A stretch of DNA of 64,000 bases. Source: Candidatus Omnitrophota bacterium. Its GTDB lineage: Bacteria > Omnitrophota > Gorgyraeia > Aquiviventales > Aquiviventaceae. Location: NCBI GenBank assembly GCA_016198905.1, contig JACQHR010000032.1, positions 10,390 to 74,389 on the forward strand, written 5' to 3'. Positions 36,478-45,094 of the stretch are shown in pieces. Each line of letters starts with the position of its first letter. Position 1 is the stretch's first letter. The notes below the pieces were generated by a model. It was given only the letters and a program-made list of their open reading frames with translations, did no database searches and was not told the origin of the DNA. The translations under genes and the position numbers were made by a program.

Positions 36478-36998
36478 TGCGTCTGAGACCCGTGACGTGG
36501 TGCACGGTGATGGTCGGTGCGTTCAGCCTCTGGGCCGCCCTGCGGTCTGATGCCCAGGAATCTCTCCGCGGGGGGACGCAGACCGAGGAAGAAGTCAAGG
36601 AAGCGGCCAAGCAACCGTATGCGAATGACCTGGGTTCTGATACTATTGATGTCTCGAGCTATCCACCTCAGATGCAGCGAGCCCACGTCCTGTTTTCGCA
36701 GAAATGCTCCCGTTGTCATACGCTGGCTCGACCCATCAATTCCCAATGGGCCACCGCGGTCTTCTGGGAACACTATGTGAAGCGGATGTGGCGCAAGCCG
36801 GGCAGCGGCATCAACGGAGCGGAGGCGAAACAGATCTGGGAATTTCTTGTCTACGACTCCCAGGTGCGCAAACTCGATCATCGAGAGGTATTCAAGGCGT
36901 TCCGAAGACGACTGCTGGAGGAGTTCAGGCAGCGTTACCCCGCCAGGTTCCAGGAGCTCTACGGTGGCGCGGAAGAAGACGCCGTGCGACTCTGGTAA
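36477..36998 (+). CDS. Monoheme cytochrome c (ActE-like position)
   Basis: ATG 36477 overlaps the ActC-like stop (gcTGATGc). Signal/anchor MRLRPVTWCTVMVGAFSLWAAL. One CSRCH motif. The track ORF 35958..36998 is an artefactual 5' extension. Confidence 0.7.
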   Translation: MRLRPVTWCTVMVGAFSLWAALRSDAQESLRGGTQTEEEVKEAAKQPYANDLGSDTIDVSSYPPQMQRAHVLFSQKCSRCHTLARPINSQWATAVFWEHYVKRMWRKPGSGINGAEAKQIWEFLVYDSQVRKLDHREVFKAFRRRLLEEFRQRYPARFQELYGGAEEDAVRLW

Positions 36999-37017
36999 AT
37001 ACGGGAGGTGATTCTTA

Positions 37018-37464
37018 GTGATGTGTCCCAGGCAACGGATCAGCCGACGGGAGTTTTTGCGGTACCTGCTCAAGAGCGGTGGGGTTGCATTCCTGGGGGC
37101 GGCGATCTATCCCATTGCGCGGTACCTCTACCCCCCGCGGGGGGTCGAGTCGTCCGTCTCCACCGTCGTGGCCGCAACGCTCGGGGAGCTGGCGGTGAAC
37201 ACAGCCAAGATCTTCCGGTTCGGCAGCCGTCCGGGACTCCTGATCAACACCCCGCAGGGTGAACTCAAAGCGTTTTCCGCGGTGTGCACGCACCTCAATT
37301 GCACCGTGCAATACGAGCCGGACAACAGCCTGATCTGGTGCGCCTGCCACAACGGCAAGTATGACTTAAACGGCCAGGTGATTTCCGGCCCGCCTCCCCG
37401 GCCGCTTGAGGCCTATCAGGTGAACGTCCGGGGCGAGGAGATCCTCGTCTCGAAGCCGGCGTAA
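37018..37464 (+). CDS. Rieske [2Fe-2S] protein
   Basis: Tat signal RISRREFLRYLLKSGG. Rieske boxes CTHLNCTV and CACHNGKYD. Confidence 0.9.
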   Translation: MMCPRQRISRREFLRYLLKSGGVAFLGAAIYPIARYLYPPRGVESSVSTVVAATLGELAVNTAKIFRFGSRPGLLINTPQGELKAFSAVCTHLNCTVQYEPDNSLIWCACHNGKYDLNGQVISGPPPRPLEAYQVNVRGEEILVSKPA

Positions 37465-37468
37465 CTCG

Positions 37469-38542
37469 ATGAGGCCCCTCGAACGCCTTCGAGCCTTCTT
37501 TCGCGAACGCTACCCCCTCGGCGGGCTGGCAGAGTTCGCCACGCACAAGACCGTCCCCGTCCACCGCCACAGCTTCTGGTACTACTGGGGCGGGATGACC
37601 CTCGCCCTTATCGGCATGCAGATCGCCAGCGGCGTGCTGCTCCTGCTCTACTACCGTCCTTCCGCCCAGGAGGCCTTCGAATCGGTCCGCTTCATCATGA
37701 CCAAGGTGCAGTTCGGATGGCTGGTGCGATCGGTCCACGCGTGGGCGGCGAACCTGGTCATTTTCTCGGCCATGGTGCATCTGGCCAGCGTCTTTTTCCT
37801 CAAGGCCTATCGGCCCCCGCGTGAGCTGACTTGGGTGACCGGGGCGGTGCTTCTGTTCCTCTTGATGGGGTTCGGGTTTACGGGCTATCTCTTACCCTGG
37901 AACACGCTGGCCTTCTTCGCCACAAAAGTCGGCACAGAGATCGCCGGCGTCGTGCCAGTCATGGGGCCGATCATACAGGTGTTCCTGCGCGGCGGCAGCG
38001 ATGTCGGCGATGTAACGCTCACGCGGTTTTTCTGGCTGCATATCGCGATTCTGCCGCTGATGGTGGTCGGTGTCATCGGGCTGCATCTGGTGATGGTGCA
38101 GCTCCAAGGGATGAGCAAGCCGCTTACCGTGCGCGAGGAGCGCTCCATCCCGTTTTTTCCGAATTTCTTCCTGCGGGACTTGATCGCCTGGGCGCTCATC
38201 CTTGGAGCGGTCCTGTCGGTCAGCGTGTACTGGCCTGCGACGCTGGGAGAGAAGGCGGATCCCTTTGCGCCGACCCCGGCAGGCATTCAGCCGGAATGGT
38301 ATTTTTTGTGGATGTTTCAGACGCTGAAGCTGGTGCCGGGACATGTCTTCGGGCTCGAAGGGGAACTGGTCGCCGTCGGGGCCACAGGAGTCGCCGGCCT
38401 GGCCTTGCTCTTGGTGCCATGGCTTGACCGGCCGGCGAGGCGCGGACGATCTCATTGGATGGTGCTCGCCGCGGGGATCCTGGCTGTGCTGTATGTCGTC
38501 GGCATGACGGGCTACGCGCTCTGGATCGGTCATCGGCCATGA
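37469..38542 (+). CDS. Cytochrome b (fused b6 + subunit IV-like)
   Basis: 357 aa with ~8 TM helices. Contains FWYYWGGMTLAL, His-bearing helices, and the Qo-site PEWY motif (GIQPEWYFLWMFQTLK). Confidence 0.9.
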   Translation: MRPLERLRAFFRERYPLGGLAEFATHKTVPVHRHSFWYYWGGMTLALIGMQIASGVLLLLYYRPSAQEAFESVRFIMTKVQFGWLVRSVHAWAANLVIFSAMVHLASVFFLKAYRPPRELTWVTGAVLLFLLMGFGFTGYLLPWNTLAFFATKVGTEIAGVVPVMGPIIQVFLRGGSDVGDVTLTRFFWLHIAILPLMVVGVIGLHLVMVQLQGMSKPLTVREERSIPFFPNFFLRDLIAWALILGAVLSVSVYWPATLGEKADPFAPTPAGIQPEWYFLWMFQTLKLVPGHVFGLEGELVAVGATGVAGLALLLVPWLDRPARRGRSHWMVLAAGILAVLYVVGMTGYALWIGHRP

Positions 38543-39837
38543 CGAGCCGCATGATGCGGGCGAGCCTTGGCCTGGTCTTCTGGATGGCCGCGCTTCGGTT
38601 CGGGGTGGTGGTCGAGGCGGCCAATAGCTGTGTCGAGTGTCATCAGCAATTTGAATCCGGAGCATCGGCGCCGACTCAGGTGATGGCGCATGATGTCCAC
38701 ATCCAACGCGGCCTCTCCTGCTCGGACTGCCACGGCGGCGATCCCGCCGCTACCGAGGCGACATCGGCAATGGATCCGGCCAAGGGATTCATCGGCCGCC
38801 CCGCGCGAGCCGAAATCCCACAGTTCTGCGCACGTTGCCACGCCGATCCTGCCTACATGCGCAAGTACAACCCCAACCTCCCCACCGACCAGTACGCCAA
38901 GTACCTCACGAGCCAGCACGGCAAGCGCCTGGGCAGCGGAGATGCAGACGTGGCCGTGTGCACGAGCTGCCACGGCGCTCATGGGATTCGATCCAAGAAA
39001 GACCCGCAATCACCGGTGTATGCGATGAACATCCCGGGCACCTGCGCTGTGTGCCACACAAACGCGAGGCTCATGGAGCGCCACGGGCTGCCGACAAATC
39101 AGTACGCAGACTATTCGCAGAGTGTGCATGGCCAGGCGCTGCTCGTGCGCGGCGATCGGGCCGCGCCCCACTGCGCCAGTTGCCACGGTTCGCATGAAGC
39201 CTCGCGGCCGAAGGTGGTCGCCATCGGGAATATCTGCGCCCAGTGCCATGGTCTCACACGCGACCTATTTACCAAGAGCCCCCACAAACGGGCCCATGAG
39301 GTGCTGGGGCTTCCGGAATGCGAGGTGTGTCACGGCAACCATCTGATCCGCAAGCCGACGGATGAGATGCTGGGAACCGGATCGGATGCGGTCTGCGTCA
39401 ACTGTCATGAGCCCGGCTCCGCCGGCTACGTCACCGCCCAGCAGATGCGCGAAGCCATTGAACGCCTAAATACGCAGATGACCGGCGCCCAGGTGACCGT
39501 CGCGCAGGCCGCACAGCTTGGGATGGAGGTGGCCGATGCGGAGTTCGCCCTCAACCAGGCGACGGCGCAACTCACCCAGGCACGGACCTATGTGCATTCG
39601 TTCTCCGCCTCAACAATGGAGCCCATCGCCGAGGAGGGCATCCGTTATGCTCGGCAGGCCGAAACTCAGGGTCAGCAGGCGATTCACGAGTTCGGGTTCC
39701 GCCGCCATGGATTATGGATGACCTTAGCGATTCTGTTCTTGGTGGTCGGCGGGCTCGCGCTCTTCATTCGAGATCTTGAACGACCGAACTCCTCAGGCAA
39801 GCAGGATCCGCCGGCACCGCCTCACGGACCTGCCTGA
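38539..39837 (+). CDS. Nonaheme cytochrome c with C-terminal coiled region and TM anchor
   Basis: ATGA overlap with the cytochrome b stop. Nine CXXCH motifs (CVECH, CSDCH, CARCH, CTSCH, CAVCH, CASCH, CAQCH, CEVCH, CVNCH). C-terminal TM helix WMTLAILFLVVGGLALFI. Confidence 0.85.
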   Translation: MTSRMMRASLGLVFWMAALRFGVVVEAANSCVECHQQFESGASAPTQVMAHDVHIQRGLSCSDCHGGDPAATEATSAMDPAKGFIGRPARAEIPQFCARCHADPAYMRKYNPNLPTDQYAKYLTSQHGKRLGSGDADVAVCTSCHGAHGIRSKKDPQSPVYAMNIPGTCAVCHTNARLMERHGLPTNQYADYSQSVHGQALLVRGDRAAPHCASCHGSHEASRPKVVAIGNICAQCHGLTRDLFTKSPHKRAHEVLGLPECEVCHGNHLIRKPTDEMLGTGSDAVCVNCHEPGSAGYVTAQQMREAIERLNTQMTGAQVTVAQAAQLGMEVADAEFALNQATAQLTQARTYVHSFSASTMEPIAEEGIRYARQAETQGQQAIHEFGFRRHGLWMTLAILFLVVGGLALFIRDLERPNSSGKQDPPAPPHGPA

Positions 39838-41364
39838 TTGTCCGCGATGACGCATAGCGATCACCCTAAGTCTCCAAGTCTCCTGCGCAATCCCGTCAGT
39901 TTTGTGGGCATTGTGGTTGCGGCGATGAGCACCGCGTTCGGCCTGCCGCTCATGTTTCTCGATATGGTGAGCCGGCGGACGCATCCGTATCTTGCCGTGC
40001 TCATTTATCTCGTCTTGCCATTTGTGGCGACGGGCGGGGTCGGGCTCATTGTGTTTGGGGCGCTGTGGGAACGATGGCGGAGACGGCGCCGGCCAGAACT
40101 GATCGTGCCGCCGCTGCCGCAGATTGACTTGAATCAGCCTGCGCACCAGGCAGCCGTGGTGGCAGCGGTGACCGCCACCATGGTGATCGTGATCCTCTTG
40201 TCGATCACCGGCTATCGGGCGTACCACTTCACCGAGTCGGTCAAGTTCTGCGGCTTGGTCTGCCACCAGGTCATGAAACCGGAGTACACGGCCTATCAGT
40301 ACTCGCCGCACGCGCGGGTGGCCTGCACGCAGTGCCACGTCGGACCGGGGGCGGACTGGTTTGTGCGCTCGAAGCTGAGCGGTCTGTATCAGGTGTACGC
40401 GGTGACCACTCACCGCTATCCGCGGCCGATCGAGACCCCGGTCAAGAGTTTACGGCCGGCGCAAGAGACGTGCGAGCAATGCCACTGGCCGGCGAAATTC
40501 TTCGGCGCGCAACAGAAGACGTTTACGCATTACCTTTCGGATGAGGCGAATAGTCCTTGGCAGATCCAGATGCTGATCAAGGTCGGCGGCGGCAATCCGG
40601 CCACCGGCGGGGCCTCCGGCATCCATTGGCATATGAACATTGCCAAAACGATTGAGTATGTTGCCGCGGATAAACAGCGCGAAGTGATTCCCTGGGTGCG
40701 GGTGACCGAGCCCGGTGGGCACGTGAGGGTGTACCAAAGTACGGAGGTACCGCTCTCCCCGGCGCAAGTGACCGCGGCTACCCCGCGGCAGATGGATTGC
40801 GTGGACTGCCACAACCGGCCCTCGCACATCTACACGCCGCCGGATCGCGCCCTCGATGCGGCATTGGAACAAGGGCGCATTGACTCGTCGCTGCCGTATG
40901 TCAAGCGCGAGGCGGTGCGCTTGTTGGCGGGCACGTACCGCAGCGAGGCGCAGGCCATGGCTGCGATCCGCACAGGCCTCACACGTTTCTATGAGACGAC
41001 CTATCCGGATATGTGGCGACAGCGGCAGGCGGACATCCAGCGCGCCGCCGAGGAAACGGCGAAGGTGTTTGCCCGCACCATCTTTCCTGAAATGAAGGCC
41101 GACTGGCGCGTGCATCCGAACCACATCGGCCATCGCAACACGGATGGGTGTTTTCGTTGTCACGACGGCCAGCATGCGAGCGCCGACGGCCACGTGATCA
41201 CGAAAGACTGCAACGCCTGCCACACGATCCTCGCACAGGGCGCTCCGGCTACCCTGCAGGGCCAACCGTTGCGGGAGCAGCCCTTCCAACACCCCGTGGA
41301 TATGGGGATGGACGTCACCGAGCAAAAATGCAGTCTCTGTCACAACGGCACGACCGGGCTCTAA
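39838..41364 (+). CDS. Inner-membrane multiheme cytochrome c, NapC/NirT-related (ImcH-like architecture)
   Basis: Three N-terminal TM helices. An FCGLVCH motif (CX3CH) stands where NapC/NrfH proteins have FCxxCH. Six CXXCH motifs follow (CTQCH, CEQCH, CVDCH, CFRCH, CNACH, CSLCH). 508 aa. The start is TTG 39838 or ATG 39847. Confidence 0.75.
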   Translation: MSAMTHSDHPKSPSLLRNPVSFVGIVVAAMSTAFGLPLMFLDMVSRRTHPYLAVLIYLVLPFVATGGVGLIVFGALWERWRRRRRPELIVPPLPQIDLNQPAHQAAVVAAVTATMVIVILLSITGYRAYHFTESVKFCGLVCHQVMKPEYTAYQYSPHARVACTQCHVGPGADWFVRSKLSGLYQVYAVTTHRYPRPIETPVKSLRPAQETCEQCHWPAKFFGAQQKTFTHYLSDEANSPWQIQMLIKVGGGNPATGGASGIHWHMNIAKTIEYVAADKQREVIPWVRVTEPGGHVRVYQSTEVPLSPAQVTAATPRQMDCVDCHNRPSHIYTPPDRALDAALEQGRIDSSLPYVKREAVRLLAGTYRSEAQAMAAIRTGLTRFYETTYPDMWRQRQADIQRAAEETAKVFARTIFPEMKADWRVHPNHIGHRNTDGCFRCHDGQHASADGHVITKDCNACHTILAQGAPATLQGQPLREQPFQHPVDMGMDVTEQKCSLCHNGTTGL

Positions 41365-43220
41365 TCCCCCTAGGGTTGGCGCTGACGCTGGGCGTCGTGG
41401 CGGCGGCCACAGCCGCCGGCGCCGAGAACATCGATAACCCCACGTGTCTGGCCTGCCATGGTGATGCGGCGAGCCCGCGATTTGTAGATGGCCAGAAATT
41501 CTCGGCATCGGTCCACAGCGCGTTGACCTGCACCAGCTGCCACACAGACATCAGCAGCGTGCCGCATGCCGTGCCCGCACAGCCTGTCAGCTGCAGCCAG
41601 TGTCACACCTTGGAAGCCGAGGTCTACCTGCGCAGCGACCACGGGCAGGCGGTTCATCGCGGAGTGACGGAGGCCGCGTCCTGCCGTGATTGCCACGGCA
41701 ATGCTCACACGCTGCTTTCCGTCCACGACCCGGCCTCGCCTGTGACGCGAGCCAACATTCCCCAAACGTGCGCGCAATGCCACGGCAAGACACAGGACAT
41801 GGCCAAATTTCGCTTGGCGCAGAAAACTCCCATCCGCTCATATCTCGAGAGCGTCCATGGTTTGGCCTTCCAAAAGGGCAATACCGCCGCAGCCGTCTGT
41901 ACCGACTGCCATGGCTCGCACGATTTGCACCGGGCCACGAATCCCCAATCCAAGCTCTACTGGCAGGTGATTCCTGCTACGTGCGGCAAGTGTCATGAGA
42001 ACATTCGGGAAACGTTTAGGCGCAGCATCCACGGGCAGGCGGTCGCAACCGGCAAGCGCGATGCCCCCGTCTGTACCGATTGTCACGGCGAGCATTCCAT
42101 CGACGCGGTCAAGCAAGCCACGTCGAAAGTGTTTCCCTCGAATATCCCCGAGACCTGCGGCCAGTGCCATGCGGCTGAGCGGATCATCACCAAGTACCAA
42201 CTGCCCTCTCACGTCGTCGATACGTATATGAAGAGTTTCCATGGCCTCTCGCTGCAATTGGGATCGCTACGGGCGGCGAATTGCGCCTCGTGCCATGGAG
42301 CGCACGACATCTTGCCGTCCAATGACCCGCGCTCCGCCGTGCATCCGAATAATCTGGCGAAGACCTGCGGCCAGTGTCATCCCGGCGTCAGTCTCCAGGT
42401 CACCAGAGGCCAGATCCATTCAGGCACGCAACCCGGTTTGGAGCACCGCGCGGTGGGATGGGTGCGCCGCCTCTACCTCATCCTCATCGTAACAGTTGTC
42501 GGCGGGATGTTGCTGCACAACTTCCTGGATTTTCGCAAGAAGCTGCAAGTGCATCGCCAGCGAATGACCGCGGTGTCCGGGCCGCTGCGCATGACCCTGA
42601 ATGAGCGCATCCAGCATGCGGTGCTGGCCATCGCATTCATCGCGCTGGCCTACACGGGATTTGCGCTGAAACATCCGCAGGCATGGTGGGCCAGCCCGTT
42701 TGTGGGTCGCGTTGACTGGCGCAGCCTGAGCCATCGCGGAGCCGCACTCGTCTTCTGTGTGCTTGGAGCCTACCATATCTGGTTTGTGTGCCGCACGGAC
42801 CGGGGACGCAAGCACCTGCGCGCACTCTTGCCCATGCGTTCGGATCTGATTCAATTCGGACAGATGCTCGGCTACGACGTGGGCCTGCGGGGGCAACGGC
42901 CCATGATGGGGCACTACAGCTATGTGGAAAAAATCGAATACTGGGCGTTGGTATGGGGCTCCATGGTCATGGTGGTGACCGGCGCCTTGATGACTTGGCA
43001 AGACTGGACGCTGCGGTTATTTCCCAAGTGGATTTTTGATGTCATCACGTCGATCCATTACTACGAGGCGATCCTGGCGTGTCTGGCGATTCTGCTCTGG
43101 CATGGCTACTTCACCATGTTCGATCCCGACGAGTATCCGATGAAATGGACCTGGCTCACCGGGCGGCCTTCGGAATCAGATGAACACCACCGCAAGGAAG
43201 ACGAGCCGGCGCAGCACTGA
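41328..43220 (+). CDS. Fusion of an 11-heme cytochrome c domain to a diheme cytochrome b (FdnI/HydC-like) membrane domain (CbcL-like)
   Basis: ATG 41328 gives signal LIPLGLALTLGVVAAATAAGA. Eleven CXXCH motifs. The C-terminal ~230 aa have 4-5 TM helices with conserved His (ERIQHAVLAIAFIALAYTGF..., YHIWF, IHYYEAILACLAILLWHGY). Overlaps the upstream gene by 37 nt. Confidence 0.8.
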   Translation: MQSLSQRHDRALIPLGLALTLGVVAAATAAGAENIDNPTCLACHGDAASPRFVDGQKFSASVHSALTCTSCHTDISSVPHAVPAQPVSCSQCHTLEAEVYLRSDHGQAVHRGVTEAASCRDCHGNAHTLLSVHDPASPVTRANIPQTCAQCHGKTQDMAKFRLAQKTPIRSYLESVHGLAFQKGNTAAAVCTDCHGSHDLHRATNPQSKLYWQVIPATCGKCHENIRETFRRSIHGQAVATGKRDAPVCTDCHGEHSIDAVKQATSKVFPSNIPETCGQCHAAERIITKYQLPSHVVDTYMKSFHGLSLQLGSLRAANCASCHGAHDILPSNDPRSAVHPNNLAKTCGQCHPGVSLQVTRGQIHSGTQPGLEHRAVGWVRRLYLILIVTVVGGMLLHNFLDFRKKLQVHRQRMTAVSGPLRMTLNERIQHAVLAIAFIALAYTGFALKHPQAWWASPFVGRVDWRSLSHRGAALVFCVLGAYHIWFVCRTDRGRKHLRALLPMRSDLIQFGQMLGYDVGLRGQRPMMGHYSYVEKIEYWALVWGSMVMVVTGALMTWQDWTLRLFPKWIFDVITSIHYYEAILACLAILLWHGYFTMFDPDEYPMKWTWLTGRPSESDEHHRKEDEPAQH

Positions 43221-43241
43221 ACCATCTGCCGGAGAAGGGCA

Positions 43242-44195
43242 ATGGCTGCAAGATCGAAACATTCCGTTAGTCATCCGTTGGCAGCGTGCGTGTTCTTGAG
43301 CATTCTTTTTTCCGCGACCTCCCTATTAAGAGCGGAGCCTGCCGTATCTCAAAAGAGGCCTGAGTTTGCAGGGCCTGAAACGTGCGCGGGCTGTCACGCG
43401 GCTGAGTACGAAGAATGGAAACACTCGCGCCATGCGGGCGCATTCGGCGAGCCTTTCGCTTCTTATTGGAACGCGCACGGCAAGAGTGCCGAATGCCTCG
43501 GCTGCCATACGACAGGTTTTGATTCGCCCAGCGGCCAATTTGCTTTTGAAGGGGTGAGCTGCGAATCTTGCCACGGGCCCTACCACGAGGGGCATCCCGA
43601 AGCGGGTGTGACCATGCACCTGGCTACGGATTCATCGGCGTGCGCCACCTGCCACCGCCAGACGTTTCTTGAGTGGCAACTCAGCAAGCACGGGCAAAAG
43701 GGCATCCGCTGTTTTGATTGCCACCGCGTGCACCAACAAGGGCTTCGCCACCCGAGCGTTGAAGCGCAGTGCGGCGCCTGCCATGCCGAACGACTTCAGG
43801 ATTTTGCGCACGCCACCCATCACGCATCCGGATTGACGTGTGCGACCTGCCATCTGCCCGAACCGAAGACCACAGGCGTGGGGGGCACGGGTGCCGCCAG
43901 CCACACGTTCCTCGTCGGTGCGGAAACATGTGCCGCGTGCCATGAGGAGACCGTGCACAAGAGCCAGAAGATGCAGCAGTTGGAGTCGGCGGTCACGCGG
44001 TTAAGCACCCAGCCCTCAGCAGAAGAATTGGCGCGGCTCCAAGAGGAAGTCAGGCAGTTGGAATTTGTTGCGGATGTGCAGCGCGCCGGACGCGCGCGGA
44101 TGATACTGCTGGCGTTATTGATTGGCGTGGCTTTCGGCAGTCTCATGGTGCTCATTTCCCTGGGGCGTTCGCGCAAAGACGGCGGGCCATCCTGA
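43242..44195 (+). CDS. Octaheme cytochrome c with C-terminal TM anchor
   Basis: Eight CXXCH motifs (CAGCH, CLGCH, CESCH, CATCH, CFDCH, CGACH, CATCH, CAACH). C-terminal TM helix MILLALLIGVAFGSLMVLISL. Confidence 0.85.
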   Translation: MAARSKHSVSHPLAACVFLSILFSATSLLRAEPAVSQKRPEFAGPETCAGCHAAEYEEWKHSRHAGAFGEPFASYWNAHGKSAECLGCHTTGFDSPSGQFAFEGVSCESCHGPYHEGHPEAGVTMHLATDSSACATCHRQTFLEWQLSKHGQKGIRCFDCHRVHQQGLRHPSVEAQCGACHAERLQDFAHATHHASGLTCATCHLPEPKTTGVGGTGAASHTFLVGAETCAACHEETVHKSQKMQQLESAVTRLSTQPSAEELARLQEEVRQLEFVADVQRAGRARMILLALLIGVAFGSLMVLISLGRSRKDGGPS

Positions 44196-45094
44196 TGGAT
44201 TCCAGAATGACCCGCAGGACATTTTTACGCCATTCAACCGTCGGCGCACTCGGTGCTTGCGCCGTCTGCGCCGGCGTGGCGGACGGTTCAATCGCCGCAT
44301 CGGCTGCAACCGATGCCACACGCATCGGGACGCTGGTTGACGTGACGCGCTGTATTGGCTGCCGCGCGTGCGTGCGCGCCTGCAATCAACGCAACGGGTT
44401 GCCGCAGCCTGAGAAGCCGAGCACCGTCTGGAACGGGCCGGTGGAGGAGCTTAACTTCGGCCGCTGGACGACGGTGAATCTGCAGGGTACGCCGGCGAAC
44501 GGTGCAGCCGTGCCGGTGAAGCGCCAGTGCATGCACTGTCTTGAGCCAGCCTGTGTTTCCGTTTGCCCCGTCGCAGCACTTCAGCAGTTACCCAATGGCG
44601 TGGTGATGTATCGAAAAGAGCGCTGCATCGGCTGCCGCTACTGCATGTTTGCTTGTCCCTTTGGGATCCCGAAGTTCGAGTGGGAGGCCAGCCTTGATCC
44701 CGAAATCGGCAAGTGCCAATTTTGCGCGCAACACGCGGTGTTTACCGGGCCTGCGTGCGCGCAAGCGTGCCCGACCGGAGCGCTGAAGTTCGGCTCCCGT
44801 CAGGCGCTCCTGGCGGAAGCCAAGGCGCGCATTCATGTGCGCCCTGAGCGCTATCGGGATCATGTCTATGGAGAGCACGAGGCAGGTGGCACCGCCTGGC
44901 TGTACTTATCGAGCAGGTCTTTTTCGGATTTAGGTTTCAACACCCAACTGCCAAGGTTCGGGCTTCCACGGTTAACCTGGGTGGCCCTCAAGCTGGTGCC
45001 CGGGGTCGTGATCGCCCTTGTGATTGTCTTAACCTCGGTTTCTTTCAGGATGGGGCGTCTCGCACAGCAGGCGGCCGTGCATGATCGCACATGA
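44195..45094 (+). CDS. Tat-exported 4x[4Fe-4S] protein with C-terminal TM helix (HybA/NrfC-like)
   Basis: TGATG stop/start overlap. Tat signal MTRRTFLRHSTVGALG. Clusters CIGCRACVRAC, CMHCLEPACVSVCP, CIGCRYCMFACP and CQFC...CAQACP. TM helix LKLVPGVVIALVIVLTSV. Confidence 0.85.
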   Translation: MDSRMTRRTFLRHSTVGALGACAVCAGVADGSIAASAATDATRIGTLVDVTRCIGCRACVRACNQRNGLPQPEKPSTVWNGPVEELNFGRWTTVNLQGTPANGAAVPVKRQCMHCLEPACVSVCPVAALQQLPNGVVMYRKERCIGCRYCMFACPFGIPKFEWEASLDPEIGKCQFCAQHAVFTGPACAQACPTGALKFGSRQALLAEAKARIHVRPERYRDHVYGEHEAGGTAWLYLSSRSFSDLGFNTQLPRFGLPRLTWVALKLVPGVVIALVIVLTSVSFRMGRLAQQAAVHDRT

